Positions 10,443 through 19,900 of a DNA stretch of 64,000 nucleotides are shown here, in pieces. The notes under the pieces were generated by a model. The model saw nothing but the letters and a program-made list of their open reading frames with translations, had not been told where the DNA came from and searched no databases. The stretch comes from a virus (lineage: Duplodnaviria; Caudoviricetes). A program made the translations under genes and the position numbers. Where the stretch lies: the IMG/VR virus record IMGVR_UViG_3300020718_000010, positions 27,035-91,034 of that record. One strand, given 5' to 3'. Numbering within the stretch: the stretch's first letter is position 1; the number at the start of each line of letters is the position of its first letter.

Positions 10443-10492
10443 CCGTGCCTCACATAGCAGAAAGTGGGTTACTTACTAAGAAATCGTACCAT

Positions 10493-10537
10493 TGAAAAAC
10501 AAAAATCCCCTTAGACGAAAACTCGACCAAGGGGATT
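10493..10537 (-). terminator. Intrinsic terminator after the 98-aa gene
   Basis: AATCCCCTT...AAGGGGATT stem followed by TTTGTTTTT on the minus strand. Confidence 0.75.
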
Positions 10538-10562
10538 ATTAAAGACTTTTGGAAAAGAGGTA

Positions 10563-10859
10563 TTATGCAGCGTCTTCTTCAACGGCACGGCGACGACGTT
10601 TACCTTTTGGAACGACCTTGCTCACACGCTCAGGTGCAAAGAAACGGTCTGTGGTGTTCCCATTTGGCCCGCCAAAGACATGGACGGCGATTACCTTATC
10701 CTCTTTAACATGAACCGCTTTAAAGGCAAATGAGCCGGCTGCCCCACTGACCTTAACTGCATCACCGGGCTCTAGACCTGCATCACCCCACAACGGAAGC
10801 GCCGTCCACGCTGGTACATAATGCGGAACATGAACTCCCGTAATTTTTTTACTCGCCAT
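10563..10859 (-). CDS. Hypothetical beta-rich protein with basic tail (98 aa)
   Basis: Strong RBS AAAGGGAG; own promoter and terminator; C-terminal KGKRRRR. Confidence 0.75.
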   Translation of the reverse strand: MASKKITGVHVPHYVPAWTALPLWGDAGLEPGDAVKVSGAAGSFAFKAVHVKEDKVIAVHVFGGPNGNTTDRFFAPERVSKVVPKGKRRRRAVEEDAA

Positions 10860-10895
10860 TTGTTGTCTCCCTTTCTTTCAAATGACTACTCATTA

Positions 10896-10924
10896 AGTAT
10901 AGCAGGTTATAGTACTGCTTTCAA
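10896..10924 (-). promoter_or_regulatory. Sigma70/sigmaA-type promoter TTGAAA-N17-TATACT with extended TG
   Basis: -35 at 10919-10924 (overlaps the upstream TGA stop), -10 at 10896-10901, exact 17-nt spacer. Confidence 0.8.
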
Positions 10925-11148
10925 GCACCCAATTGTTCGCCGCACTCACAAACAAGGAATTCTCCAGTTAGAGATGCGACAGGTACTGCGTTTTCATGTT
11001 GACAATCGCCATCAAAAAGTTTTTCAACTTTTTTTTCGGGTTGTGGTGGTGTGAGCAATTTTTCGACTGCGGTGAGTGCATGAAGCGCCGCTTCGTTCGC
11101 CGCTTTTGCTGCTTTGATACTTTGCAAAATTAAATTGATTTCGCTCAT
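10921..11148 (-). CDS. Hypothetical protein with CxH...CxC motif (75 aa)
   Basis: ATGA overlap with the tail terminator gene; DCQH...VCECG. Confidence 0.65.
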   Translation of the reverse strand: MSEINLILQSIKAAKAANEAALHALTAVEKLLTPPQPEKKVEKLFDGDCQHENAVPVASLTGEFLVCECGEQLGA

Positions 11149-11573
11149 GGAAGAATGTGTGCTTGTAAGTTAGCGGTGAAACGTGGTCGGTCAACATCGT
11201 CATAACCAATTGGGTTTGGAGAGCCAAGCGGTTCAAGTCGAAGAATTGTTATTCCATTAATTGTTACGGTGCTGGTGATTGCACCAAGTATGTTTCGTAC
11301 AACCATGCAGAGGTCGTATGCGCCCGGGTAATCCTCACGGTCACCACGGGTCATAATTTGGATACGTGGATTTTCTAGTTGCGAAACATCATTTCCAAAA
11401 GTAAGCGTTGGACTTTCGCCTTGATATTGCTGAATAAGGACTGCAGCGTTTGGCGCTTCTGCGGGGAGGCGACCTAAAAACAAATTTTTACCAAGTAACA
11501 ATTGCTGATTAGCGGGTAAACCCACTGTTTGAAGTGGCAAGTAGTTCCCAATTGCGTCTAGAAGAGTTGTCAT
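11145..11573 (-). CDS. Tail terminator protein (142 aa)
   Basis: Last neck gene; motifs P.IQIMTRG...Y and GYDDVDRPRFTAN typical of siphovirus tail-completion proteins. Confidence 0.75.
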   Translation of the reverse strand: MTTLLDAIGNYLPLQTVGLPANQQLLLGKNLFLGRLPAEAPNAAVLIQQYQGESPTLTFGNDVSQLENPRIQIMTRGDREDYPGAYDLCMVVRNILGAITSTVTINGITILRLEPLGSPNPIGYDDVDRPRFTANLQAHILP

Positions 11574-12022
11574 TAGTTTCCTTTAGAAAAGTCTAGTGGG
11601 GGCATCTTTGTTGGCGCTTGCAAAACAGTATTACTTCCAAGAAGCAACGAAATGTTTTTTTGTATTTCAGCAATTAAATCTTTTTCATTTTCAAGCGCAG
11701 GTATTTCTAAAAACTTTGATTGTGTTGGTGCGGCGTGTTCTTTTGTAAGGTCTTCGTGAACATAAATTGCATAGTCAACGATGTCGTCTCCGTAAATAAT
11801 TTCAGCGCCAGCACCGGTTGTGGCAAAAGTTGGCTTTCGTGTATTTAGTTGACCTGAGGCTTTTAATGCCCCCGTGTCAACTGGAACAAGTTGCTGGCTT
11901 CTTTCAAAAATGGTGCCCATAACCTTGTTAATGGCAACTTGAGCAACTTTGTTTACCATTGGTGCTTTAGCCAAAAGACTTTTAAGTTCACTTAAATCAA
12001 CGGTGATTTTCATTTCGGCCAT
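11573..12022 (-). CDS. Neck protein, HK97 gp10-like (149 aa)
   Basis: Motifs VPVDTGALKAS, YAIYVHE and KFLE.P. Confidence 0.85.
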   Translation of the reverse strand: MAEMKITVDLSELKSLLAKAPMVNKVAQVAINKVMGTIFERSQQLVPVDTGALKASGQLNTRKPTFATTGAGAEIIYGDDIVDYAIYVHEDLTKEHAAPTQSKFLEIPALENEKDLIAEIQKNISLLLGSNTVLQAPTKMPPLDFSKGN

Positions 12023-12030
12023 GTCAAAAC

Positions 12031-12441
12031 CTATTCAAAGTGAAGAACTGTGTTGTAGCCAATTAATCCTGTTTCGTCGTAATTATTAGATACATACATA
12101 ATTACTGGGTGTAGCAACGCTGGTTGAGTCTCTCCCGGAACGGTTACACGTGCTTCGGTTGTTATTGCAGGATAAAAACCATCCAAATATGCACGTCCCG
12201 AACTAACTCGGTCACGACCATCGATGGTAGAAAGAACTTTTGTTTCGTATTCAAGGCGGCATTTAAATTTACTTTGAGGACCATATTCAACTAATGAATC
12301 GCTTGTTCCATCGCCTTCAATGTAGTGACGACCATACCCATCAAGGGTTGCTGTTCCTTGTGTGACGGCTGGGTTGGCAATAATGTTTTCAATAATTATT
12401 GTCTGCGTCATCATCGCAAGAAGTGCGGGGTCGATTGACAT
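12031..12441 (-). CDS. Head closure / stopper protein (136 aa)
   Basis: Between adaptor and gp10-like gene; LDGYG...KCRLEY.TK......G...VS.GRAYL pattern. Confidence 0.7.
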   Translation of the reverse strand: MSIDPALLAMMTQTIIIENIIANPAVTQGTATLDGYGRHYIEGDGTSDSLVEYGPQSKFKCRLEYETKVLSTIDGRDRVSSGRAYLDGFYPAITTEARVTVPGETQPALLHPVIMYVSNNYDETGLIGYNTVLHFE

Positions 12442-12450
12442 TTAAGACTC

Positions 12451-12948
12451 CTAGAAAGGTTCTACTGAGTCGTTTACGTTGTCATCGAAACCGGGCTCGT
12501 AGCCAGTTCCGTATGTTGAAGTGACACCCGTAACCGCACCAGAAGGCCAGTCGTTTGCAACTGCGTAGTAGCGGTCAAACTTTCCAATTCGCAACTCTGC
12601 ACCGAGAGCGTTGGGGTCGGCATTTGCGTGTGGTGGGTTGACACGGCGGCTACGCATAAGTAGTTCTGCGGCGAGAGCCTTAAACTTTTCAGCACGGTCT
12701 CCGTAGGATTTACTTAGGCTTAGACCACCAACGGTCTTTGTTTCGGTTTCGGCCAATTGAATAAATTGAGAGGCAAGACTAAAGCAAGTATTAGAGGCGG
12801 CACGGTATGGCTCGTTATTGACTTCATTAAGGCTGAAGGCAATTTCCTCGTCTTGCACCAATGGCGTCGCTGGGTTTGTGTCTCCAATTAAAAAACGAAC
12901 TGCGTCTTTTGTGGAACTTGTGGGGTCTGCTGAATAACTCCAACTCAT
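12451..12948 (-). CDS. Head-tail adaptor/connector protein (165 aa)
   Basis: N-terminus MSWSYSADP...DAVRFLIGDT...LVQDEEI characteristic of this adaptor family; first neck gene. Confidence 0.8.
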   Translation of the reverse strand: MSWSYSADPTSSTKDAVRFLIGDTNPATPLVQDEEIAFSLNEVNNEPYRAASNTCFSLASQFIQLAETETKTVGGLSLSKSYGDRAEKFKALAAELLMRSRRVNPPHANADPNALGAELRIGKFDRYYAVANDWPSGAVTGVTSTYGTGYEPGFDDNVNDSVEPF

Positions 12949-12955
12949 AATGCTC

Positions 12956-13282
12956 CTATGAAATTACTGCTGCGTCGATGCGCAGAGTACCGCTAAGAAT
13001 TCTTTGGTGTCCGTCTGAAGAACTTGCTGTTATTTGAATGTTCCAAATACCCGGCGTAAGTACGGCAAGTTCATTTGGTGCCCAGTTCACAAAAAGGTTT
13101 GGTGATGTTGAGCGACCTACAAGTCCAGTCGTCTTTGTAAGAACCGCTGCGTTTGGTGGGCGTCCGATTGTAAGTTTGAAAGTCCATCCAGAACTGAAGT
13201 CCAATGTCGCTCCGTTTACATCTATCCAGTTGAACTCCGCTGCTGGGAGACTGGCTGCTGCTGTGGGGTAGTGAATTGTCAT
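12956..13282 (-). CDS. BppU-N-like beta-sandwich adaptor protein (108 aa)
   Basis: Pattern F.W.D.NG..LD.S.WT.KL.I...W...E...L.PG.W.IQI resembles baseplate-upper-protein N-terminal domains. Confidence 0.55.
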   Translation of the reverse strand: MTIHYPTAAASLPAAEFNWIDVNGATLDFSSGWTFKLTIGRPPNAAVLTKTTGLVGRSTSPNLFVNWAPNELAVLTPGIWNIQITASSSDGHQRILSGTLRIDAAVIS

Positions 13283-14616
13283 TATGTTCCTTCTCCATAC
13301 GAGGATAGTCCGTCATCTTGAAAAATAATTCCGTCACCGTCTTGTACCGTGCCAAAACCATCATCTTGGAAGGTATTAACGTTATCATCGGTTTCGGTGA
13401 TGGTGTCGCCTTCAACGCCGTGAATGATAAATGCGTCAGAAACAATGTCTTTGAGGAAGCCAGATACTGCAAACATTGATTCACGTACTGAAGAAAAAAC
13501 CAAGTAACCGAAGTTTTTAAATGCCACTTCTTTTTGGAAAAGGGTGGGTGAACCAGAAACTGATACACCATGTGAAGTGGTAGAAACTGTCGATTCTTTC
13601 TCTGTGACTGAAGAAACACGTCCATAAGTAATGACACGAGCCAAAGCGCTAGACATGATTTCCGTTGTCTCAGAAGTAACGCTATGACCAAGGCTTCTAT
13701 TGGCACCAAACAAAGTTTTGGAAAATACTTCGCTTGTTTTCTCTAAGCCCTTTGATTTAAACGCTGTTGAAAGTTGCGTCTCAACAGAAACGTTGCTTCT
13801 AGTTGATTCTTGCGCACGAGAAGCGGTGGTGATTTGGCTTTGCGTTGTTTCGCTTTCTTTAATTGCACTGTATGACTTGGCACCATCAGTGTATTGAGAT
13901 GCAAAAGCAACCGAGCCGACAAATAGAGCACGGAGCGATGTGCTTGTGGCTTTAAATACTTCCCCAACAATTCCAAATGAAACAAACGAAAGAACTTTAA
14001 GACCGCTAACATTTTGTGTTTCAGAAACAACACCACTACGTTCAGAGGCGACGGCCTTGGCGCCCGCTCCAGATAAGCGCTCTGCCATTTCTGAGGAACG
14101 TTGAGCATCATACTTACGTGTATTAGCGGAAACTGTTGTTTCAGAAACGGTCCCAGTTTCTACCACACCAAATATTTTGGAGTTTTCAATGGCAAACAAC
14201 TCTTGCTCTGCAGCAGTAACCGAAGAGCCCTTAGAGCGTGTGTTGGCGGTTGTAAGTTTTTCGATTTCACTTGCACCCTGTTCTGCGGTTGTTAACTTAA
14301 TTGACTCTGCCGAAATAAATTCGCTAACCGCTGATTCAACATTGTGCGTAAGCAGTTTTGCCATTTCAGAAAATTGAATTGTTTTTTGCGATGACGCCTC
14401 AATAAGGTCAGCAATTTTTACGGAATTAGACGCAAGGTGTTGGGCGCTAGAAGAAACTACATCGTATTCTTTGCCAATTTTTGCCCGAAAAAGAGCGCCG
14501 CCATGATAGAGGGGTCTGGTGATATTGAGAATGCCACGATAGGGGAAACCATCGAAGTAGTACTCGTTGTCATACCCGCTATAAAAGGTATCGCTAATGC
14601 CGTACTGAGATGGCAT
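13282..14616 (-). CDS. Ser/Thr/Glu-rich structural protein with ~20-residue periodicity (444 aa)
   Basis: Long coupled ORF; xSE/xAE/xGE recurs every 20 residues in the central region. Confidence 0.65.
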   Translation of the reverse strand: MPSQYGISDTFYSGYDNEYYFDGFPYRGILNITRPLYHGGALFRAKIGKEYDVVSSSAQHLASNSVKIADLIEASSQKTIQFSEMAKLLTHNVESAVSEFISAESIKLTTAEQGASEIEKLTTANTRSKGSSVTAAEQELFAIENSKIFGVVETGTVSETTVSANTRKYDAQRSSEMAERLSGAGAKAVASERSGVVSETQNVSGLKVLSFVSFGIVGEVFKATSTSLRALFVGSVAFASQYTDGAKSYSAIKESETTQSQITTASRAQESTRSNVSVETQLSTAFKSKGLEKTSEVFSKTLFGANRSLGHSVTSETTEIMSSALARVITYGRVSSVTEKESTVSTTSHGVSVSGSPTLFQKEVAFKNFGYLVFSSVRESMFAVSGFLKDIVSDAFIIHGVEGDTITETDDNVNTFQDDGFGTVQDGDGIIFQDDGLSSYGEGT

Positions 14617-14632
14617 AGCCAGCCCCTACGGA

Positions 14633-15031
14633 TTAAACGGCTACGAAAAGTTGCTTGCCGTAGATGGTTGTTCCACCGTCTGGCGAGTAAAACTGAACGA
14701 GCGAGCGCTTGTTAGAGGTGAACGTCGGTGCAACTCCACCATCCCAAAGGATTCCATTGAATGTCACGGTGTAAGAACCGGGCTGAACAACGTCTACGTA
14801 CCAGATGTTCCAATAGTAAGTGACTCCAGTTGATGAGTTGTATGGCACACCCGTGAAAGTGATTGATGTGTTTGACGTAAATGTGTTTAGGCGAATGACC
14901 GCACCGTTTGTGACTGTGTAAGTCGTTGCTCCGTTAACACCTGAAAAGTTTTGGATTTTTCCAGTAGTTCCAGCGTTAACGTAAGCGTCAGTTGCCTGAG
15001 TCAAGATTTGTGGCTGTGATGTAATTCCCAT
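14633..15031 (-). CDS. Small fibre-tip-domain-like protein (132 aa)
   Basis: C-terminal WDGGVAPT...DGGTTIYG loosely resembles the C-terminal fibre domain of 27773, 35760 and 41560. Confidence 0.6.
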   Translation of the reverse strand: MGITSQPQILTQATDAYVNAGTTGKIQNFSGVNGATTYTVTNGAVIRLNTFTSNTSITFTGVPYNSSTGVTYYWNIWYVDVVQPGSYTVTFNGILWDGGVAPTFTSNKRSLVQFYSPDGGTTIYGKQLFVAV

Positions 15032-15381
15032 TACTTTGCATCCTTCTCGCTGGGGGTGCTAGATGCCTTTTTTGGGGCCTCTTCTTTTGCAGGTGCCTCA
15101 ACGCTTGTAGTCACATCAGCAGGGGCCTCTACGGCCTTTGGGGCGTCTGTGGCGTCAGGCTCGTTAAAGCCCGCTCCGTGCCAAAGAGCCTTTGCTGAAT
15201 CGCCAATGTTTGGCGGGAACCAAACGCCACCTTCAAAAGTCCAACCAACCGAAGGCTGTGGCTCCATTGAAGTTACGTCGTAAGGCGTGTAGATGAGACC
15301 GTACTCGCCCAATGAAGGGATGTCTTTACTCACCATAAGGTGAGCAACTTGTGTGCCACTAACGAGTGCGAATGTTGCCAT
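15031..15381 (-). CDS. Putative fibre assembly (Tfa-like) protein (116 aa)
   Basis: FALV...V.......YDVT....QPSVGWTFEGGVWFPP; similar to 48532, 39461 and 39688; follows a large adhesin gene. Confidence 0.55.
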   Translation of the reverse strand: MATFALVSGTQVAHLMVSKDIPSLGEYGLIYTPYDVTSMEPQPSVGWTFEGGVWFPPNIGDSAKALWHGAGFNEPDATDAPKAVEAPADVTTSVEAPAKEEAPKKASSTPSEKDAK

Positions 15382-15400
15382 TTTAAAAATCTCCTAGGTA

Positions 15401-18400
15401 TTAACTGTAGAATACTGCTTTGTCGAACCAGCGAACGAGTGCGTAACCGTCTGCGCCGTTTCCACCGTTTGACTTGTAACCAAAGTATCCAAGGCTGTTT
15501 GCAAAGTCAACATCAACAACGTCACCAGCATCCATGTAGAGGTACTCCCAACAAACATCAAAGTAGTAGGCGTTAGCCGGTGCTTCGAGGGTCTGCCAAG
15601 AACCTGCCGTAGAACCTACTGGTCCTAGGTAGGTGGTGGTGTTAACCGCTGAGAATACAATGTTGTAAATTGGGCGGTCTTCACGGATAATGTTGTTGTT
15701 CTGGTCTTTCCAACGCACGGTTGGTCGAACTTGCTTGGTTAGTCCAGCAAACTGAGGCGAAGTTACACCGTTTGGAGCAGTTGTTAAGCGTGCTGCAATG
15801 TTTGGGAAGTACAAGGCTGTACGTGGCAAGATTGAGAATGACTGCCAAACAGTGTTTGCTTTAGCATTTCCAACATCTTGAATCGTTCCACGAAGGTTAT
15901 ATGAGTTAAAAATTCCAGATGCAGAAGATGCAACAACGTTAATGTTGTAGAGCGACTGCCACTTATAAGCATCAGATGTTGCCGATTCGTATGAAATTGC
16001 TGCTGCTGCAGATGTGTGTGTGATTGGTGCGGATAGCCAGAGGTTACCTTGGTTTGTCCCGCCACCACCGCCACCACCGCCAGTGTTCTGGATTGCATCC
16101 ATTCCACGTGAGTAAAACATAACGTTATTTTGTTGGTCGACAAGGTAAGAGTTTCCTCCACGTCCACCACCACCAGAACCACGTCCAGAGTAGATAAATC
16201 CTTGGTTTGCGTTGTATGTCCAACCAGCACCACCACCGCCACCACCCATAGGGACACCATTTGGAGCACCTGAGTTTATTCCTGAAATTGCAGTTCCGGC
16301 ACCACCATCACCTGCTTGACCATACATACCGTATGTTGCGTTTCCACCTGTGTATACATTGTAAGAGGCGTAACCACCGGCATTTCCACGCATTGGCATT
16401 GTATCAAATACATATGAACCAGTTGAGTATTGGTATGTAGACGCAGGGAACTGGTATGTAGTTGTGGCAGATGGCGTTGGGGTTGCGATAATTGCATTCA
16501 TTCCCGGTAACCATGAGCCTCCACCACCACCGGCAAGGGTGATGTACTGTGAACCCGCAGAGTTAAATGCAGCGTGTCCACCATTATTGGCGCCTTGAAG
16601 ACCGTATTGCCACTGGTAGTTGTTGGTGTTGTAAGTTCCACCACCACCGCCACCTTCAGCAATGACTGAGTATGAACTAATTACAGGTGAGTTTCCTGAT
16701 TGACCAGCCCAGAAGTAGGTAACGTTGTCAACTTTTTTGTAAGCAGTAACGCTTGCACCCGGTTCCAATTGTGGAGCAAAAATCTGGTACGTAGTTGAAG
16801 CATTCTGTCCACCTTGGTAAACAGTGAATCCAATACGAGCATATAGTGAACCCGTTGGCGCAACCTGACCAGCAATTCCAAGACGTGTTGGTACGGCCAT
16901 TGCTGGTGATGTGTATGAAGAAGACATCTGGCTACCAGATGTAACACCAGTAATAGCAATTGGCAAAGCAGTTCCAGTAAAACGTGTAAGTACGTTGTAG
17001 TCTGCGTCAAGGTATTCAATAAATGCGTTAACCGGACGGTACTGGTTGGAAGTGTTTGAACCAATTACGTACATTGAAGCACTGTATGTACTACCAGCAG
17101 TGACACGGTTTGGAACACTTGAAATTTCTAAATTGTTACCGTTTGTAACTGCAGAAGTTACTGCAAGTGCAGCCTTCTGTGAGTAAATAGGTGGTGAGAA
17201 TGGGGTTGTGTTGTTACCCATTTCAAGTTGAACATTGTCAAACCAGAATGTTGTGCTTGGCTGCTGAATAACAATTGAAGGGTAAATAAATTGTGGTGTT
17301 GAACCGTAACCGTATGCACCGTTTGCAGTTGCTGTAGCAAATGAAGGCGTTGTAAATGTAGCCGAAATGCGGCGCCATCCGTTTTGTCCAACGGTTACGT
17401 TTGAACCAAGGACTTGAACACCAGCAGGCTGAGCAAATGTAATTGTGCTTGCAACTGGACCGCTTGTAGTCAATGAAAGACCAATGGTTGTTCCAGAAAC
17501 AGAAGAAACGGTTGTGTTTGACTGAATGTTTGAACCGGTTACTGTCATACCAACAAAAATTCCCGTTGCTGAAGTTACGGTAATTGAACCAGCACCTGAT
17601 GTACCCGTAGCAGCAACAGAAACTGTTCCACCGTAGTTTGTAAGCGCCGCTGGTGTTGCTTGACGAACAAAGAATCCGTTAGCAGTACCTGCGTCAATTG
17701 ATGAAGTTGTACCAGAAGTTGTACCACCCAAGTAGGAAACCGCAGTCGCAGCACCGTATGAAGCACCGGTAGAACGTAGTTGGAACAAGATTGGTGTCGT
17801 GGTAGAAACATTGGCAGAGGCCGATACGTAGGCTGACATTGTGTATGTCTGACCCGGAATGTATGGAACGCCGTTGTAACCACCAGCAGTTGACGTTGCG
17901 TTTGTGGTAATTGAGGATGCCGAGGCAATTGTTGAGAAGTTCATCCAAGTTGGGTTTGAAGTAGAAACCGCAGAACCTGTAATTGCGTTAAGACCGTTGA
18001 TACCGGCAGTTCCAGAATATGAAACAGTTACAGGACTTGTAGAAAGCGCCTGTGTAAGACCGCTGCTAATTGTAAATACGTATCCAGCAGTTGAGTTACC
18101 GCTAACTGAAGTAATAACCGTACCCGAAGCAAATCCAGTACCAATTAGGAACATACCAACTTGAACAATTGTTGGGTTGTCCAAAGTAATTGTTGTTGCA
18201 CCATTTGCACCGGTTGCATTCATAACAAATCCGGCAATCATTTCTGTCAACTTGGTAGGAATACCAGAAGATGAAATTGCAATTGTTGCTGGGTTTGTTC
18301 CCTGAACGCTGATTAATGAAAGGGATACAAGAGTTGGGTCTTCCAATTGAGAAAAACGTGGAGGAAGAATGTTGTTAGAGAAAATTTGTTCGTTTGTTGC

Positions 18401-19165
18401 AATTTCAGCAACCTGACCATCAGGAGCACCGGGAGCGTTTACCGTGTAGTTGCTTGATGTGATTGAAGAACCACCAACTGCCGTAATGTTCGGGTACATA
18501 ACCTCTGAAAGTGCAAGGGTGTTTTGCCCAAAGTCAAAAGAAATTGTTTCACCAATGGTTGACGTTAATGATGCGCTTAAGTTAACAGTGTTACCAGAAA
18601 CCGTAGTTACGTACGTGTTTGTTTGAATACCAGCACCTGATTGGTTGGTAACCAACATTCCCGGAACAATTCCAAGGGCGTTAGGGTAGACAGTAATTGA
18701 AGACGCACCGTTAACACCAGAAGCGCCACGAAGGATTACGGCTGGAGTCCAACCGGTCATGTTAAGTGAGAAATCTGAGTTGTTTAAGTAGTTGAAAACA
18801 GTAGTCGAACCAAATGTGGTTGCCCCACCATTTGCACCCGGGAGTGTGCTGGTTACATCTCCTGCTGAAATTTGTGAACCAAGTCCACCTTGACCACCGG
18901 CTCCAATGTTAATTGAATAGGCGGTTCCACCAGTTACTTGAACATTTTGAACAACAACGGCTCCACCGCCGCCACCGCCACCAGCAACCTGTGACGAACC
19001 ACCGCCACCGCCTCCACCAGCACCTACAAGAACAACCTGTGCATATGAAACGTTTGCAGGTGGTGTCCAAGTACCGCTTGATGTGAATGCTTGCTCGTTT
19101 ACGTAAACACGACCGGAGTTATCGTTCGGGAATACTACGAAATCTTTGCTTGAGGAAATAGCCAT
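15401..19165 (-). CDS. Large glycine-rich fibre/adhesin protein (1,254 aa)
   Basis: N-terminal FTSSGTWTPP...VLVGAGGGGGGG split glycine-rich domain closed by GGNGADGYALVRW at the C-terminus; galactose-binding-like segments ending in QLE.G; three GMxVxGxxIxxxTxVxSVSG modules. Confidence 0.75.
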   Translation of the reverse strand: MAISSSKDFVVFPNDNSGRVYVNEQAFTSSGTWTPPANVSYAQVVLVGAGGGGGGGSSQVAGGGGGGGAVVVQNVQVTGGTAYSINIGAGGQGGLGSQISAGDVTSTLPGANGGATTFGSTTVFNYLNNSDFSLNMTGWTPAVILRGASGVNGASSITVYPNALGIVPGMLVTNQSGAGIQTNTYVTTVSGNTVNLSASLTSTIGETISFDFGQNTLALSEVMYPNITAVGGSSITSSNYTVNAPGAPDGQVAEIATNEQIFSNNILPPRFSQLEDPTLVSLSLISVQGTNPATIAISSSGIPTKLTEMIAGFVMNATGANGATTITLDNPTIVQVGMFLIGTGFASGTVITSVSGNSTAGYVFTISSGLTQALSTSPVTVSYSGTAGINGLNAITGSAVSTSNPTWMNFSTIASASSITTNATSTAGGYNGVPYIPGQTYTMSAYVSASANVSTTTPILFQLRSTGASYGAATAVSYLGGTTSGTTSSIDAGTANGFFVRQATPAALTNYGGTVSVAATGTSGAGSITVTSATGIFVGMTVTGSNIQSNTTVSSVSGTTIGLSLTTSGPVASTITFAQPAGVQVLGSNVTVGQNGWRRISATFTTPSFATATANGAYGYGSTPQFIYPSIVIQQPSTTFWFDNVQLEMGNNTTPFSPPIYSQKAALAVTSAVTNGNNLEISSVPNRVTAGSTYSASMYVIGSNTSNQYRPVNAFIEYLDADYNVLTRFTGTALPIAITGVTSGSQMSSSYTSPAMAVPTRLGIAGQVAPTGSLYARIGFTVYQGGQNASTTYQIFAPQLEPGASVTAYKKVDNVTYFWAGQSGNSPVISSYSVIAEGGGGGGTYNTNNYQWQYGLQGANNGGHAAFNSAGSQYITLAGGGGGSWLPGMNAIIATPTPSATTTYQFPASTYQYSTGSYVFDTMPMRGNAGGYASYNVYTGGNATYGMYGQAGDGGAGTAISGINSGAPNGVPMGGGGGGAGWTYNANQGFIYSGRGSGGGGRGGNSYLVDQQNNVMFYSRGMDAIQNTGGGGGGGGTNQGNLWLSAPITHTSAAAAISYESATSDAYKWQSLYNINVVASSASGIFNSYNLRGTIQDVGNAKANTVWQSFSILPRTALYFPNIAARLTTAPNGVTSPQFAGLTKQVRPTVRWKDQNNNIIREDRPIYNIVFSAVNTTTYLGPVGSTAGSWQTLEAPANAYYFDVCWEYLYMDAGDVVDVDFANSLGYFGYKSNGGNGADGYALVRWFDKAVFYS

Positions 19166-19185
19166 TAGCCGTTACCTATCCTTTA

Positions 19186-19491
19186 TTAATTCACTGTTAC
19201 GCCAGATACGAAGTAGTTAATTACTCCACCGACGCTTGCGAGAATGTTTGTTGATTCACCAGCAATTGTTACTGCACGGGTATCAAAGTTGACCGTTCCG
19301 TTTGCTGGAATCTGAAGTCCTGACATATACGAGTAACTACCAATTGTCATTGTTACCGTAACGGTGTAAGAAGCCGTGTTAGCAAGCGTGATGTTGGTGA
19401 TGATTCCTGTAGTTGATGCCGGAACTGTGTAAATCGTGGCTGACGAAGTTGTTGCTACGCCTGCTCCGAATCGTGTGACTGTAGTTGCCAT
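19186..19491 (-). CDS. Small beta-sandwich virion protein, paralog of 30057..30380 (101 aa)
   Basis: IYTVPASTTGIITNITLAN...IPANGTVNFD...VSGV. Confidence 0.65.
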   Translation of the reverse strand: MATTVTRFGAGVATTSSATIYTVPASTTGIITNITLANTASYTVTVTMTIGSYSYMSGLQIPANGTVNFDTRAVTIAGESTNILASVGGVINYFVSGVTVN

Positions 19492-19492
19492 A

Positions 19493-19831
19493 TTACGCTA
19501 GTACTCCCATGAAGGCTTGAAGTTGAAGGGTTGTTGCAGTGTTATTAATTGCAGTAATCTGCGTTGAGCCAGCGCTGTTTACTGCAGCAACTTGAGTAGT
19601 TCCGGCAGAGTTGACGGCATTTACTTGGGTTGTTCCAGCGGTGGTGATTTGTGACACGTAACTGGCAGTTGCAGCAACGATGTCGTTAATACCAAGCAAA
19701 GTCCCAAGAGTTGAAAGGGCGTTTGCGTAGTATGCGTAGTCAGTTGATGAAAGTCCACCAGCCGCCAACGATACTGTCATATCGTTCTGGAGTGCTGTAA
19801 TTTGGGTGCTTAGTGTTGAGTAAGACGACAT
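19493..19831 (-). CDS. Small helical/11-mer-repeat structural protein (112 aa)
   Basis: Repeats (T/S)AG(T/S)TQ(V/I)xA(V/I)N; ends LQAFMGVLA. Confidence 0.7.
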   Translation of the reverse strand: MSSYSTLSTQITALQNDMTVSLAAGGLSSTDYAYYANALSTLGTLLGINDIVAATASYVSQITTAGTTQVNAVNSAGTTQVAAVNSAGSTQITAINNTATTLQLQAFMGVLA

Positions 19832-19861
19832 TTTGAGTGACCTCCAGTGGCTTCAAGGAAA

Positions 19862-19870
19862 AGTATAACA
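19862..19870 (-). promoter_or_regulatory. Possible extended -10 promoter TGtTATACT
   Basis: In the 69-nt gap before 19831; upstream A-tract; no consensus -35. Confidence 0.45.
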
Positions 19871-19900
19871 GCGGTTTTTTTCTTGGCTGAGGGCTTAAAA

